Assembly (NCBI GenBank): GCA_027729805.1
Contig: JAQCEO010000002.1
Coordinates: forward strand, 33,987-97,986
DNA length: 64,000 nucleotides
Direction: 5' to 3'
Origin: Actinomycetota bacterium
GTDB taxonomy: Bacteria; Actinomycetota; Actinomycetes; S36-B12
Every line of letters starts with the position of its first letter. Position 1 is the first letter of the stretch. The notes under the pieces were generated by a model, which ran no database searches, was not told where the DNA came from, and saw only the letters and a program-made list of their open reading frames with translations. Position numbers and translations under genes: made by a program. Below, piece by piece: positions 1 through 13,519 of this stretch.

Positions 1-486
1 TGGATCTAGGAACAGATCCCACGAGGCGAATAGCCAACCGCCCACTAGTGCCGTGGCAAGCCCGCTGCCCACCAGGCGCTGTGCTGCCAGTAAGCATGGA
101 TATGCCATCATCGACCACGCCAGTGGAATGAGTATCGGAACACCAAGGAGCGCAGGGCCAAGGAGACTCGTGTAGGTGTAGTCACCGAAAGGGAATCGGG
201 TTGCGGTACCGATGGCTTCGATCGCCAGGCCAAAGCCGAGCGAGATCGCCAGGTAGCCCGCAGCCCAACTAAGTCCGCGGGATAAGTACGCGTGTGTTGC
301 GCTCGCCAAGAAGAAGGTGACGACAGTAAGAATGGTGAGCACGATTCGCGATTGATCGCCCACCAAGACCCAGATGATCTGCCCGGTGATGGTGAGTCCG
401 GCTAAGACCCATGGCACATACGGCAGCCAGCCCGATGGGACACCTCCACGATCAGAGTGTCGCCCGGTGTATACCCGTACGCTCAT
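1..486 (-). CDS. Polytopic membrane protein, first 162 codons (runs off the left edge); resembles DUF422/CruF-type carotenoid-biosynthesis membrane proteins
   Basis: Absent from the ORF track because it is open at position 1. My minus-strand translation from ATG (complement of 484-486): MSVRVYTGRHSDRGGVPSGWLPYVPWVLAGLTITGQIIWVLVGDQSRIVLTILTVVTFFLASATHAYLSRGLSWAAGYLAISLGFGLAIEAIGTATRFPFGDYTYTSLLGPALLGVPILIPLAWSMMAYP...WDLFLDP. It has several hydrophobic helices and the TG.PFG.Y.Y and W.L.LDP patterns I associate with this family. Confidence 0.45.
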   Translation of the reverse strand, partial: MSVRVYTGRHSDRGGVPSGWLPYVPWVLAGLTITGQIIWVLVGDQSRIVLTILTVVTFFLASATHAYLSRGLSWAAGYLAISLGFGLAIEAIGTATRFPFGDYTYTSLLGPALLGVPILIPLAWSMMAYPCLLAAQRLVGSGLATALVGGWLFASWDLFLDP

Positions 487-800
487 GCCCAGAGTGTAGG
501 CCGCTTATCGGCCGGGTATATGTGACCACACCTGCGGGTTGTGCAGCCCATCTGCTCGGCGATGTTCGCCTTATGAATTGCGATACGTGGTGATTGCGGT
601 AACAGGCTACCAGCGTGAAATAGCCAACTGCGGTGGCGGCATGGGCCCCGTTGGTCACGCTTTGGATTGTTTGGGACTCGACCTACCTTGGAGTCTTCGA
701 GGTGGTTAAGTCGAGGCCGCCTCTGATAGCGACGGGGCCGCGTTATTTTGTGGCGGCGGTGTCGTATTAGTTGTCAAGGGCGAGCGTGGTTAGCGACGGG

Positions 801-1385
801 TTAGCCCCCCACTTCGGCGGCCTCACCCGCTGTGATGCGAAGTAGTTCGTCGTAGCTGGTTGGGAACACGTAGTGGGGATGTCCACCGGCTGCCCAAACT
901 TCGTCGTAGCGAGATAGTGCAATGTCAACGATGGTGCGCAGCGGGTGCGGGTGGCCAACGGGTGCAACGCCTCCAATTGCGAAGCCCGTCGCCTTGCGAA
1001 CATCGTCAGCATTGGCCTTTGTTATTTCACTGACTTCGAGAATTGCCGCAAGGGTCATGGTGTCGACGCGGTGACCGCCGGAGGCGATAACAAGAACCGG
1101 TTGGCCATCGGCGAGAAAGATCAGTGAACTCGCGATCTGACCGACTTCGATTCCTAGGGCGTCGGCGGCCTCCTTCGCGGTGCGGGCACTGTCAGCAAGG
1201 GCTCGGACCTCGCCCCGGGCACCTAGTAGGGCTAGGGCGTTGCGGACATTGATCACGGATTGCTGCTCGGTTATTTCACCCACGGTGTGAGGGTAGCCCG
1301 GGTTTGTGGCTGCCGCGTCGGATTTGGCACCCCGGACGAACCGGCGATACCCTATGGGGTATAAACGGGACCGCGGTTGGGGCAC
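801..1385 (-). CDS. YbaK/EbsC-type aminoacyl-tRNA editing (deacylase) domain protein
   Basis: ORF-track protein of 194 aa. SSLIFLADGQPVLVIASGGHRVD...KATGFAIGGVAPVGHPHPL...VWAAGGHP fits the YbaK/ProX-type fold. The first ~34 codons look like over-extension; GTG at 1283 (complement of 1281-1283) gives ~160 aa, typical for the family. Confidence 0.7.
   Translation of the reverse strand: MPQPRSRLYPIGYRRFVRGAKSDAAATNPGYPHTVGEITEQQSVINVRNALALLGARGEVRALADSARTAKEAADALGIEVGQIASSLIFLADGQPVLVIASGGHRVDTMTLAAILEVSEITKANADDVRKATGFAIGGVAPVGHPHPLRTIVDIALSRYDEVWAAGGHPHYVFPTSYDELLRITAGEAAEVGG
1347..1362. promoter_or_regulatory. Inverted repeat ATACCC-TATG-GGGTAT overlapping a TATAAA -10-like hexamer (1360-1365) upstream of the rhodanese gene
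   Basis: Read directly from the sequence: 6-bp perfect arms with a 4-nt spacer. It lies in the divergent ybaK-like/rhodanese intergenic region, ~27 nt before the GTG at 1389. Confidence 0.35.
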
Positions 1386-1388
1386 TAG

Positions 1389-1811
1389 GTGATGAACGGA
1401 AACGCCAAAATGAATTTTAAGAAGGTCCTGGTGGTTAATTTTGTAACCGTCGCCCTGCTCGTTGCGGGTTGCGGCTCAACCTCCAGTGCGATCACCAGCA
1501 CAGATCCAACCGCATTCATGTCAGCGGCTGCTGAGCCGGGCGTTGTCGTAGTTGATGTCAGAACTCCCGAGGAGTTCGCCAGCGGCCATTTGCTAGGCGC
1601 TATTAACATAAACCTTGAAGATCCGGCTTTTGCTGCCAATATCGCCGGCCTCGATAAGGACGTCACCTATGCGGTCTACTGCCGCAGCGGGCGCCGATCG
1701 ACCCTGGCAAGTGATGCGATGGCAGCCGCAGGGTTCACCAGCGTGGTTAACCTGGCAGGTGCGGGGGTGGCCGACTTGGCGAAAAACGGTGTGACATTGG
1801 TCGCACCCTAG
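1389..1811 (+). CDS. Rhodanese-domain sulfurtransferase, probable lipoprotein
   Basis: Lipobox LLVAGCGS after a hydrophobic signal. Rhodanese active-site loop CRSGRRS and the VVVDVRTPEEFASGHL motif are present. Confidence 0.8.
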   Translation: MMNGNAKMNFKKVLVVNFVTVALLVAGCGSTSSAITSTDPTAFMSAAAEPGVVVVDVRTPEEFASGHLLGAININLEDPAFAANIAGLDKDVTYAVYCRSGRRSTLASDAMAAAGFTSVVNLAGAGVADLAKNGVTLVAP

Positions 1812-1908
1812 TTCGGTACGTGCAAGGTCTGCCGAGCCCACGGTGGCGTAATCGGCCGGCGCTGCTAAATTGGAAGTTATTAGTTGACCGTTTGGATGAG
1901 GGGTTGGC

Positions 1909-2688
1909 GTGAAGATCGCGGTTTGTGTGAAGCAGGTACCCGATACGTGGGCCGAGAAAAAACTCCGAAGTGATGACTCAACTCTAGATCGCGAAGCAGC
2001 TGATGGCGTAATGAATGAACTTGACGAGTATGCCGTCGAAGAAGCCCTCAAACTACAAGAAGCACATGGCGGTGAGGTAACCATCGTCACAATGGGTCCA
2101 GAGCGCGCTGGCGAGACGGTCCGCAAAGCCCTCAGCATGGGCGCGGATGCGGCCATTCACCTCGTAGACGACGCACTGCACGGATCTGACGCGCTAGCGA
2201 CCTCCTACGCCATAGCGACCATACTCGCCGGCCGGGATTTTGATCTTATTTTCTTTGGGTCGGAATCAACAGATGCGCGAATGAGTGTCGTGCCGGCGAT
2301 GGTCGCTGAGCGGCTAGGAGTTGCCCAATTGACATTCGCGCAAAAGGTTGATGTCGACGGCACCTCGGTCAAAATCCAACGGACCACCGATTACGGCTTC
2401 GAAACAGTTGAGGCGAGTATGCCGGCGGTCATAAGCGTGGTGGAGAAAATCAACGAGCCACGTTACCCATCCTTCAAGGGCATCATGGCCGCGAAGAAGA
2501 AGCCGGTTGAGACTTTATCGACGAGTGATGCAGGTCTTGAGGGGTCGCAACTCGGTTTGTCCGCCGCGTGGACGGTCGTCGAAGATTTCGCGGCTAGGCC
2601 GCCGAAAGCCGCAGGCACAATTGTCACCGATGATGGTGATGGCGGCGTCAAGCTAGCCGAATTCCTTGCCACCCAAAAGTTTATCTAG
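1909..2688 (+). CDS. etfB: Electron transfer flavoprotein beta subunit
   Basis: MKIAVCVKQVPD... N-terminus and overall 259-aa EtfB pattern; followed directly by etfA. Confidence 0.9.
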   Translation: MKIAVCVKQVPDTWAEKKLRSDDSTLDREAADGVMNELDEYAVEEALKLQEAHGGEVTIVTMGPERAGETVRKALSMGADAAIHLVDDALHGSDALATSYAIATILAGRDFDLIFFGSESTDARMSVVPAMVAERLGVAQLTFAQKVDVDGTSVKIQRTTDYGFETVEASMPAVISVVEKINEPRYPSFKGIMAAKKKPVETLSTSDAGLEGSQLGLSAAWTVVEDFAARPPKAAGTIVTDDGDGGVKLAEFLATQKFI

Positions 2689-2706
2689 GCTCGCTTTCCA
2701 GAGAGG

Positions 2707-3666
2707 ATGCACATGTCTGAGGTCTTGGTAGTTGTCGAACATGCCGATGGCACGGTGAAAAAGGTCACCAGCGAGTTGTTGACCCTTGCGCGCACCTTGG
2801 GGGAGCCGTCTGCGGTCTGGATCGGCCCGGGTTATTCCGACGCAGCCGCTGCGGTGCTCGGTGAATTCGGTGCAGCCAAGGTTTATGTGGCTGAGGGTGC
2901 GCAGTACATCGACCATCCGGTTGCACCGCGTGCAGAGGTGTTGGCCAGTTTAGTTTCGGAGCACTCACCGAGTTCGGTGCTGATCGCATCGAGTGCTGAT
3001 GGCAAGGAGACCGCAGGTCGGCTGGCTATCAAGATCAACTCGGGGGTAATCACTGATGCAATCGGCATCTCGGCCGACGGCATAGCTACTCAAAGCGTGT
3101 TCGGTGGAAGCACCGTCGTGCATTCCAAGGTCATCAAGGGCACACCGATCTTTACGGTACGCCCGAACTCAACCCCGCCGGTGCCAGCCGTGACCTCCAC
3201 GACCCGCGTTGATGTCACCGTTCCTGTCAGCGAGGTTGCGATGAAGGCCAAGGTCACCGGCCGCACGGTCGCCCAAAAGGACGGCCGACCCGATCTTTCG
3301 GAGGCCGCGATCGTTGTCTCCGGTGGCCGTGGAGTTGGGGCCGCCGAAGGGTTTTCTGTTATCGAGGCACTTGCCGACAGCTTGGGCGCCGCGGTGGGTG
3401 CCTCGCGTGCTGCAACCGATGCCGGGTGGTACCCGCATCAATACCAGGTCGGACAAACCGGCAAGACCGTATCGCCGCAACTTTATGTGGCCAACGGAAT
3501 TTCCGGAGCCATCCAGCACCGAGCCGGAATGCAGACTTCAAAGACAATTGTGGTCGTTAATAAGGATCCCGAAGCACCGCTGTTTGAACTCGCCGACTTC
3601 GGGGTGGTCGGTGATCTCTTTAAGGTGGTACCGCAGGTGACCGAGGAGATCAAGAAGCGCGCATGA
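2707..3666 (+). CDS. etfA: Electron transfer flavoprotein alpha subunit
   Basis: C-terminal FAD-binding signature PQLYVANGISGAIQHRAGM; 319 aa; paired with etfB. Confidence 0.9.
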   Translation: MHMSEVLVVVEHADGTVKKVTSELLTLARTLGEPSAVWIGPGYSDAAAAVLGEFGAAKVYVAEGAQYIDHPVAPRAEVLASLVSEHSPSSVLIASSADGKETAGRLAIKINSGVITDAIGISADGIATQSVFGGSTVVHSKVIKGTPIFTVRPNSTPPVPAVTSTTRVDVTVPVSEVAMKAKVTGRTVAQKDGRPDLSEAAIVVSGGRGVGAAEGFSVIEALADSLGAAVGASRAATDAGWYPHQYQVGQTGKTVSPQLYVANGISGAIQHRAGMQTSKTIVVVNKDPEAPLFELADFGVVGDLFKVVPQVTEEIKKRA

Positions 3667-3700
3667 GCCCTGGCAGCTCGCTGCTCTACAATGATGTTTT

Positions 3701-4897
3701 GTGAGTGACCGGTCCTATCTCGACCATGCTGCAACCACAGCCATGTTGCCTGGGGCTCGTGCGGCTTGGTTGGCTGCCTCAGAGCATCTAGGCAACCCGT
3801 CCTCACTGCATGCGTCCGGCCGCTTCGCCCGCAAAGTGGTCGAGGAATCCCGGGAGAGTATCGCCGCTGACCTGATGACGCGGCCTAGTGCCGTCATCTT
3901 CACCGCCGGTGGCACCGAGGCGAACAACTTGGCGGTCAAGGGCCTTTATTGGCAGCGCCAGCAGGTTTTAGGTAACAACGAGCCACTGCGGGTGCTCGCT
4001 TCGGCGATTGAACATCATGCGGTCATGGACCCGGTGGCTTGGCTGGGGGAGCATGAAGGAGCCAGCATCGAATGGCTCCGGGTCGACCACGATGCTCGGG
4101 TAAGTACGACAGCTATCGCTGAGTCTTTAGCGGCGGCTTCAAATGTCGCACTTTGTACGGTGATGTGGGCGAATAACGAAGTCGGAACCATCGAACCGGT
4201 TGACCGCATTGCCGAACTGTGTAGAGAGTTCGGGGTGCCATTTCATACCGACGCGGTGCAAACACTAGGCCAGGTGCCGATGAATCTGGGTGCACTTGGC
4301 GCTGACGCGGTGACGATAAGCAGCCACAAGATAGGCGGCCCCTTCGGGGTTGGCGCGTTGATAGTGAATCCGGTCACCGGCTTCACCCCGGTCATGCATG
4401 GTGGCGGCCAGGAGCGCGATATTCGATCCGGAACTTTGGATGCCCCGGCCATCGCTGCCTTTGCGGTCGCCGTACGAAATGCGGTTGAGCACCAGGTTGA
4501 GCATGCACGGCACTTGCGTCAGTTGCGCAATGCCTTGGTCAAGGGGGTGTTGGCAACCGTTCCGGGCGCGGTCCTAAACGGTGATCCGGATTTGTTGGAT
4601 GGGGGTCGGTTGCCTGCCAATGCACATTTCTCCTTCCCTGGTTGCGAGGGCGACTCATTGCTGATGTTGCTTGACGCCGCCGGGGTGGACTGCTCAACCG
4701 GGTCTGCGTGCACCGCTGGGATTCCGGAAGCAAGCCACGTGCTGCTAGCGATGGGTGTTGATGAGCACACTTCGCGAGCGTCACTGAGATTTAGTTTTGG
4801 GTACCTGTCAACCGCGGCGGACGTTGATCGAGTTATTGCAGCGCTACCGGGTGCTGTCGATAGGGCTAAGCGCTCGGCTTCGTCGAGATCGTCATGA
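3701..4897 (+). CDS. iscS: Cysteine desulfurase (class V aminotransferase, NifS/IscS type)
   Basis: PLP-lysine motif SSHKIGGP and catalytic-cysteine loop STGSACTAG; located immediately upstream of mnmA, as in other actinobacteria. Confidence 0.85.
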   Translation: MSDRSYLDHAATTAMLPGARAAWLAASEHLGNPSSLHASGRFARKVVEESRESIAADLMTRPSAVIFTAGGTEANNLAVKGLYWQRQQVLGNNEPLRVLASAIEHHAVMDPVAWLGEHEGASIEWLRVDHDARVSTTAIAESLAAASNVALCTVMWANNEVGTIEPVDRIAELCREFGVPFHTDAVQTLGQVPMNLGALGADAVTISSHKIGGPFGVGALIVNPVTGFTPVMHGGGQERDIRSGTLDAPAIAAFAVAVRNAVEHQVEHARHLRQLRNALVKGVLATVPGAVLNGDPDLLDGGRLPANAHFSFPGCEGDSLLMLLDAAGVDCSTGSACTAGIPEASHVLLAMGVDEHTSRASLRFSFGYLSTAADVDRVIAALPGAVDRAKRSASSRSS

Positions 4898-4913
4898 AAA
4901 ATTGGCCGATCGC

Positions 4914-5999
4914 ATGAAGGTTTTAGTCGCGATGTCTGGCGGGGTCGACTCTTCGGTCGCGGCTGCCCGCATGGTTGATGCCGGCCATGACGTCGTCGGG
5001 GTGCACCTCGCACTTTCGCGCAATAAGACATACGGTGATGGTCGGCAGCGGGGCTGCTGCACCCTCGATGATGCCCGTGATGCTCGTCGAGTCGCCGACA
5101 AACTCGGTATCCCGTTTTATGTATGGGATATGGCAGAGGAGTTCGCAGAGGCGGTAATTGCGGATTTCATCGCGGAGTATCGACTCGGGCATACGCCCAA
5201 CCCGTGCCTGCGCTGCAATGAATCCATAAAGTTCACGGCGGTCCTTGACCGGGCACTAGCGATGGACTTTGAGGCGGTAGCGACGGGGCACTACGCGCAG
5301 ATCGTGCGCGGACCGGCGGGCCCGGAATTGCACCGGGCGGTGGACCCGGAAAAAGATCAGTCTTATGTGCTCGGAGTTCTGCAACCGCTACAACTGGCTC
5401 ATTCAATATTCCCGCTCGGCGCAGATACTAAAGATGTGATTCGCGCTGAGGCCGAATCGAGGGGCTTGTTGGTCGCACAAAAACCTGACAGTCACGATAT
5501 CTGCTTCATTCCTGATGGCGACACGGCTGGTTATTTGCAGCGTCAACTTGGGTCTTTACCCGGGGATATTGTTGACGCCGAATCCGGTGAGGTGCTGGCG
5601 CAGCATGATGGCACCTATGCCTTCACAATCGGGCAACGTCGTGGGTTGCAATTATCCAGACCCGCGGCTGATGGGGCACCGCGTTATGTGGTCGACGTTG
5701 AAATCGGCAGCCGGCGGGTAACTGTCGGACCCCCAGAGCTACTTGATGTTTATGCACTCGAGGGCATCAAGCCCATCTGGACCACTTCACCCCTTGGCGA
5801 GGTCCCGGTGGATCTGCTGGCGCAAGTGCGGGCGCACGGGGTGCCGGTGCCGGCTCGAGCCCATCAGCTCGATGACCGGGTAATGGTTGAACTGTTGGTG
5901 CCAATTCGCGGTATCGCACTTGGGCAAGCCGTCGTGCTCTACGACGGCACCCGGGTCGTTGGCTCGGCAACCATTGCGGCAACAACTCGTGCTGCATGA
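4914..5999 (+). CDS. mnmA: tRNA 2-thiouridine(34) synthase
   Basis: PP-loop [17 protein letters not shown]. The ORF-track start at 4797 overlaps iscS and is non-homologous, so ATG 4914 is preferred. Confidence 0.9.
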   Translation: MKVLVAMSGGVDSSVAAARMVDAGHDVVGVHLALSRNKTYGDGRQRGCCTLDDARDARRVADKLGIPFYVWDMAEEFAEAVIADFIAEYRLGHTPNPCLRCNESIKFTAVLDRALAMDFEAVATGHYAQIVRGPAGPELHRAVDPEKDQSYVLGVLQPLQLAHSIFPLGADTKDVIRAEAESRGLLVAQKPDSHDICFIPDGDTAGYLQRQLGSLPGDIVDAESGEVLAQHDGTYAFTIGQRRGLQLSRPAADGAPRYVVDVEIGSRRVTVGPPELLDVYALEGIKPIWTTSPLGEVPVDLLAQVRAHGVPVPARAHQLDDRVMVELLVPIRGIALGQAVVLYDGTRVVGSATIAATTRAA

Positions 6000-6009
6000 G
6001 GGCAGTTAC

Positions 6010-9255
<3,246 letters not shown>

Positions 9256-9256
<1 letters not shown>

Positions 9257-9558
9257 TGACCGCAATTACCCGTGACGAAGTCGCGCACTTAGCCAAATTG
9301 GCTCGCCTTGACCTCAGCGGCACCGAACTGGATCATTACGCGGAGCAATTGGATGTGATTTTGCAGTCGGTGGCCCGAATTTCTGAGGTGGCTGCCGATG
9401 AGATTCCACCGACCTCACACCCGGTGCCTGTTGAGAATGTATTCCGCGCGGACATCGCCTTACCCGGGCTGGATCGGGCGGAGGTTTTCGCTGCCGCACC
9501 GGCTACCGAAGATGATCGCTTTCGGGTGCCGAGGATCCTTGACGAGGAGGAGGCATGA
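9256..9558 (+). CDS. gatC: Asp/Glu-tRNA amidotransferase subunit C
   Basis: 100 aa; [18 protein letters not shown] pattern; first gene of a gatCAB operon with overlapping stops and starts. Confidence 0.9.
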
Positions 9559-11060
9559 CTAGTGCGGCCGCGGACCTCATTCGCCAATCCGCAAGTGTGC
9601 TGGCCGCCGCCATTAGCGAAGGCGAGGTGTCGTCAGTCGAAGTAACCAAGGCGCATCTGGCACGAATCGCTGCAGTCGATGAGCGAGTGCACGCATTTTT
9701 ACAGGTCACCTCGAAGGCGGCACTTGAAAGTGCGCAGGCAATAGATGAAAAACGTAAATCCGGTGCCACTCTTGGAGTACTAGCGGGAGTGCCGATCGCG
9801 GTGAAAGATGTGCTGACGATGCGTGGGGTGCCGACTACCTGCGGGTCCAAAATCCTTGAAGGCTGGCGACCACCCTATGACGCTACCGTCGTCTCCCGGC
9901 TGCGAGCGGCGGACTTGGTTATCCTGGGCAAGACCAATATGGACGAATTCGCCATGGGTTCGTCAACGGAGCACTCAGCATATGGTCCGACTCACAATCC
10001 ATGGGATCTAGAACGTATTCCTGGTGGCTCCGGTGGTGGGTCGGCGGCCGCGTTGGCAGCTTTTGAAACTCCGCTGTCGATCGGTACTGACACCGGCGGA
10101 TCCATCCGTCAACCGGCGGCCGTAACCGGAACCGTTGGGGTCAAGCCAACCTATGGTGGGGTCTCGCGCTACGGGCTGGTGGCACTCGCCTCATCACTTG
10201 ATCAGGCCGGTCCGTGCGCCCGCTCGGTAATGGACGCGGCATTGCTGCACTCGGTGATAGCCGGACACGATCCCCGCGACTCAACTTCAATTAATGCACC
10301 GGTACCTGATGTGGTGGCTGCGGCGAACCGGGGGGATATTCGTGGGTTGCGCATTGGGCTGGTCAAGGAGTTGAGTGGTGAGGGCTATCAGGCGGGAGTG
10401 TTGCAGCGGTTCAACGAGTCCGTTGAGTTGCTGCAAGGGTTGGGAGCTGAGGTAGTTGAAGTTTCGTGCCCACATTTTGACTACGCACTGGGTGCCTACT
10501 ACCTGATTCTTCCCTCTGAAGCATCGAGTAACCTCGCGCGCTTTGACGGTATGCGCTACGGGCTTCGAGTTGGTGATAATGGGTCAAATTCGGTCGAGCA
10601 AGTTATGTCGCTTAGTCGCGAAGCCGGCTTTGGCGCTGAAGTTAAACGCCGAATAATGTTGGGCACTTATGCGCTTTCCAGTGGCTATTACGACGCTTAC
10701 TATGGCCAAGCCCAAAAAGTTAGGACGCTCATTACCCGCGACTTCAATGCTGCCTTCGAAAAAGCCGACGTACTAATTTCCCCGACGGCACCTACTACGG
10801 CCTTCAAAATCGGCGAGAAGGTCGATGACCCATTGGCGATGTACCTGAACGACATCGCCACCATCCCGGTTAATCTGGCCGGCAACTGTGCGATGTCATT
10901 ACCGGTCGGGCTTTCGCCGGCCGATGGCCTGCCGGTGGGTTTGCAAATAATGGCACCGCCAATGGCCGATGACCGGCTTTATCTGGTGGGCTCGGCGCTG
11001 GAGTCCGCGCTCACCGACCGCTGGGGTCACCTGCTGATCCAGGAGGTCCCGAACCTGTGA
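9555..11060 (+). CDS. gatA: Asp/Glu-tRNA amidotransferase subunit A
   Basis: Amidase signature [10 protein letters not shown]...[12 protein letters not shown]; 501 aa. Confidence 0.95.
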   Translation: MTSAAADLIRQSASVLAAAISEGEVSSVEVTKAHLARIAAVDERVHAFLQVTSKAALESAQAIDEKRKSGATLGVLAGVPIAVKDVLTMRGVPTTCGSKILEGWRPPYDATVVSRLRAADLVILGKTNMDEFAMGSSTEHSAYGPTHNPWDLERIPGGSGGGSAAALAAFETPLSIGTDTGGSIRQPAAVTGTVGVKPTYGGVSRYGLVALASSLDQAGPCARSVMDAALLHSVIAGHDPRDSTSINAPVPDVVAAANRGDIRGLRIGLVKELSGEGYQAGVLQRFNESVELLQGLGAEVVEVSCPHFDYALGAYYLILPSEASSNLARFDGMRYGLRVGDNGSNSVEQVMSLSREAGFGAEVKRRIMLGTYALSSGYYDAYYGQAQKVRTLITRDFNAAFEKADVLISPTAPTTAFKIGEKVDDPLAMYLNDIATIPVNLAGNCAMSLPVGLSPADGLPVGLQIMAPPMADDRLYLVGSALESALTDRWGHLLIQEVPNL

Positions 11061-12574
11061 GCAACACCCAACTAACAGTGCCATTTGCTGAGGCCATGAC
11101 CCGGTATGAACCCATCATCGGCCTTGAAGTCCATGTTGAGCTCGGCACTAATTCGAAGATGTTCTGCTCCTGTGCCACGACTTTTGGCGCTTCGCCGAAT
11201 ACCCAAGTGTGCCCGGTGTGCCTTGGGCTACCGGGTTCGATGCCGGTGTTGAACAAGGTGGCGGTGGAGTCAACCATTCGCATCGGCTTAGCCCTGAATT
11301 GTGAGATCGCCACTTGGTGCCGTTTTGCTAGAAAGAACTATTTCTACCCGGATATGCCAAAGGACTATCAAGTCAGTCAGTACGACGAGCCCCTTTGCAC
11401 CAATGGCTGGCTTGACGTGACTGTTGCAACCGATGACGGTCCGCAGGTGGTGCGAGTCGAAATTGAGCGGGTGCACATGGAGGAGGACACCGGCAAACTC
11501 ACGCACGCCGGTGGCGCAACAGGTCGCATTCACGGAGCTGACTACTCATTGGTTGACTACAACCGGGCGGGTATCCCGTTGATTGAGATAGTAACCAAGA
11601 CCGTGATCGGCACCGGGCCGTTGGCGCCCGCTGTTGCACGTGCCTATGTCACCGAGTTACGCGATGTCATGCGCGCCCTCGGAGTTTCGGATGTGCGCAT
11701 GGAGGAGGGATCATTACGCTGCGATGTGAACCTGTCGCTAAATAGACCAGGGGCGGGTTGGGGTACCCGCAGCGAGACGAAGAACGTGAACTCACTGCGC
11801 TCGGTCGAACGCGCGGTGCATTCCGAAATCGAAAGACAGGCCGCAGTTTTGGACGGCGGCGGGCGAGTGATTCAGGAGACGCGGCACTTTCACGAGGACA
11901 CCGGCCGATCCACTTCGGGCCGGTCAAAGGAGCAGGCCGAGGACTACCGCTATTTCCCCGAGCCGGATTTGGTGCCGATCGCGCCAACGCGCACCTGGGT
12001 TGAGGAGTTGCGGGCAACGCTGCCTGAAGTTCCCTCCGTTAAGCGGGCCCGGCTGCAGAGTACCTGGGGGATCAACGAGTTTGAGTTGGCAACTTTGGTA
12101 AATGCCGGGGCGGTTGAACTAGTTGAGTCCAGCATCGCCGCCGGTGTTGACGCGGCAGCGGCCCGCAAGTGGTGGACCGGTGAGTTATTGCGCGTGGCCA
12201 ATGAGCGAGGTGTCGAGTTGGCGGATTTACCGGTGACTGTTAGCCAGATTGCCCGAGTGGAGTCCTTGATAGCCGATGGCAGGCTTAACGACCAACTTGC
12301 CCGTCAAGTTTTCGAGGGAGTATTGGCCGGGGAAGGCGATGTCGATGTGGTGATCGCGCAACGTGGTCTTGCGGTGGTTAGTGATGATGGCGCCCTACTT
12401 TCAGCAATTGATGAGGCCCTCGCCGCGCAGCCAGATGTAGCGGAGAAGATTAAGAGCGGCAAGATTCAAGCAGCCGGGGCGATTGTCGGCGCGGTTATGA
12501 AAACGACAAAGGGGCAGGCCGATGCGGCGAAAGTGCGCGCCTTACTGCTCGACCGCCTCGGGGTAAGCGAGTAA
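11057..12574 (+). CDS. gatB: Asp/Glu-tRNA amidotransferase subunit B
   Basis: [13 protein letters not shown]...KMFCSC N-terminus; 505 aa; operon context. Confidence 0.95.
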   Translation: MSNTQLTVPFAEAMTRYEPIIGLEVHVELGTNSKMFCSCATTFGASPNTQVCPVCLGLPGSMPVLNKVAVESTIRIGLALNCEIATWCRFARKNYFYPDMPKDYQVSQYDEPLCTNGWLDVTVATDDGPQVVRVEIERVHMEEDTGKLTHAGGATGRIHGADYSLVDYNRAGIPLIEIVTKTVIGTGPLAPAVARAYVTELRDVMRALGVSDVRMEEGSLRCDVNLSLNRPGAGWGTRSETKNVNSLRSVERAVHSEIERQAAVLDGGGRVIQETRHFHEDTGRSTSGRSKEQAEDYRYFPEPDLVPIAPTRTWVEELRATLPEVPSVKRARLQSTWGINEFELATLVNAGAVELVESSIAAGVDAAAARKWWTGELLRVANERGVELADLPVTVSQIARVESLIADGRLNDQLARQVFEGVLAGEGDVDVVIAQRGLAVVSDDGALLSAIDEALAAQPDVAEKIKSGKIQAAGAIVGAVMKTTKGQADAAKVRALLLDRLGVSE

Positions 12575-12580
12575 TCCCCG

Positions 12581-13477
12581 TTGGCTGGTATCGCACTGCT
12601 CCCGGCTTTCCTGCAAGGGGTCAAGTACCCCGATGAACTTGTTTACTATCACGATGCACCCGCGCCAGCAGACTTATTGCGAGCTGGGTTCTTCGTCCCC
12701 GAATACATGGGTTCGGTTTCGACGGTAGAAGTCCTAGCCGAAATGCCGGCACTTGAGGTAGTTCAACTTCTAACCGCCGGATTCGAATATGTGCTGCCGT
12801 ACCTACCGGTGGGTACGCAACTTTGTAATGCGGCTGGTGTGCATGATGCCAGCACTGCCGAACTTGCCGTCGGCCTGATCTTGGCCTCCCTTCGCGGCTT
12901 GGATGTTGCTGCGCGCAATATGGAGTCCGGTAATTGGCAGCATGACACCCGTCCGAGTCTGGCTGATCGACAGGTGGTAGTTCTCGGCGCGGGGGGAGTA
13001 GGGCAGGCGATTAGGCGGCGCCTTGAACCATTTGAGGTCACCGTAACCATGATTGGGCGCACCGCGCGCCCCGGCGTTACGGCGGTAACTGATCTTGAGT
13101 TGATCCTGCCAACAGCCGATGTGGTGGTACTAGCGGTGCCCCTTGATACCACCACCCGCGGACTAGTTGATGCGAAATTCCTCAAACTGATGAAAACTGA
13201 TGCGTTATTGGTGAATGTTTCACGCGGCCCGGTTGTTGAAACCGAGGCACTTATCGGGGCATTGCAATCTGGACGCGTCAGTGCGGCGTTAGATGTGACC
13301 GACCCGGAGCCGCTTCCGCCAGAGCACCGCCTCTGGGCCTGCCCCAATTTATTGATCTCGGCCCATGTCGGTGGTGATACCTCAGCATTTGTCCCTAGGG
13401 CCAGGGCCTTGGTTTCCGATCAGTTGACGAGCTGGTCCACCGGCCGGCAACTGCGAAATATCATCCCCACGACGTAA
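12581..13477 (+). CDS. D-isomer-specific 2-hydroxyacid dehydrogenase family protein (core-genome copy)
   Basis: NAD-binding VLGAGGVGQAIRRRL; RG..V and H.GG catalytic regions (VNVSRGPVV, SAHVGG); TTG start. Confidence 0.8.
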   Translation: MAGIALLPAFLQGVKYPDELVYYHDAPAPADLLRAGFFVPEYMGSVSTVEVLAEMPALEVVQLLTAGFEYVLPYLPVGTQLCNAAGVHDASTAELAVGLILASLRGLDVAARNMESGNWQHDTRPSLADRQVVVLGAGGVGQAIRRRLEPFEVTVTMIGRTARPGVTAVTDLELILPTADVVVLAVPLDTTTRGLVDAKFLKLMKTDALLVNVSRGPVVETEALIGALQSGRVSAALDVTDPEPLPPEHRLWACPNLLISAHVGGDTSAFVPRARALVSDQLTSWSTGRQLRNIIPTT

Positions 13478-13519
13478 TCCCGCGAACTCCCCGATTCCGG
13501 GCAACATTAAGGTGTCGCT

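Noticed and set aside
1593-2156. 187-aa minus-strand ORF overlapping the rhodanese and etfB genes
   Set aside because: Arg/Ser/Ala/Pro-rich shadow ORF antisense to genes with clear family motifs. This is a typical high-GC artefact.
12763-13347. 194-aa minus-strand ORF inside the 2-hydroxyacid dehydrogenase gene
   Set aside because: Low-complexity Ser/Arg/Thr-rich translation with no motifs. The plus-strand gene has a GxGxxG site and catalytic motifs.
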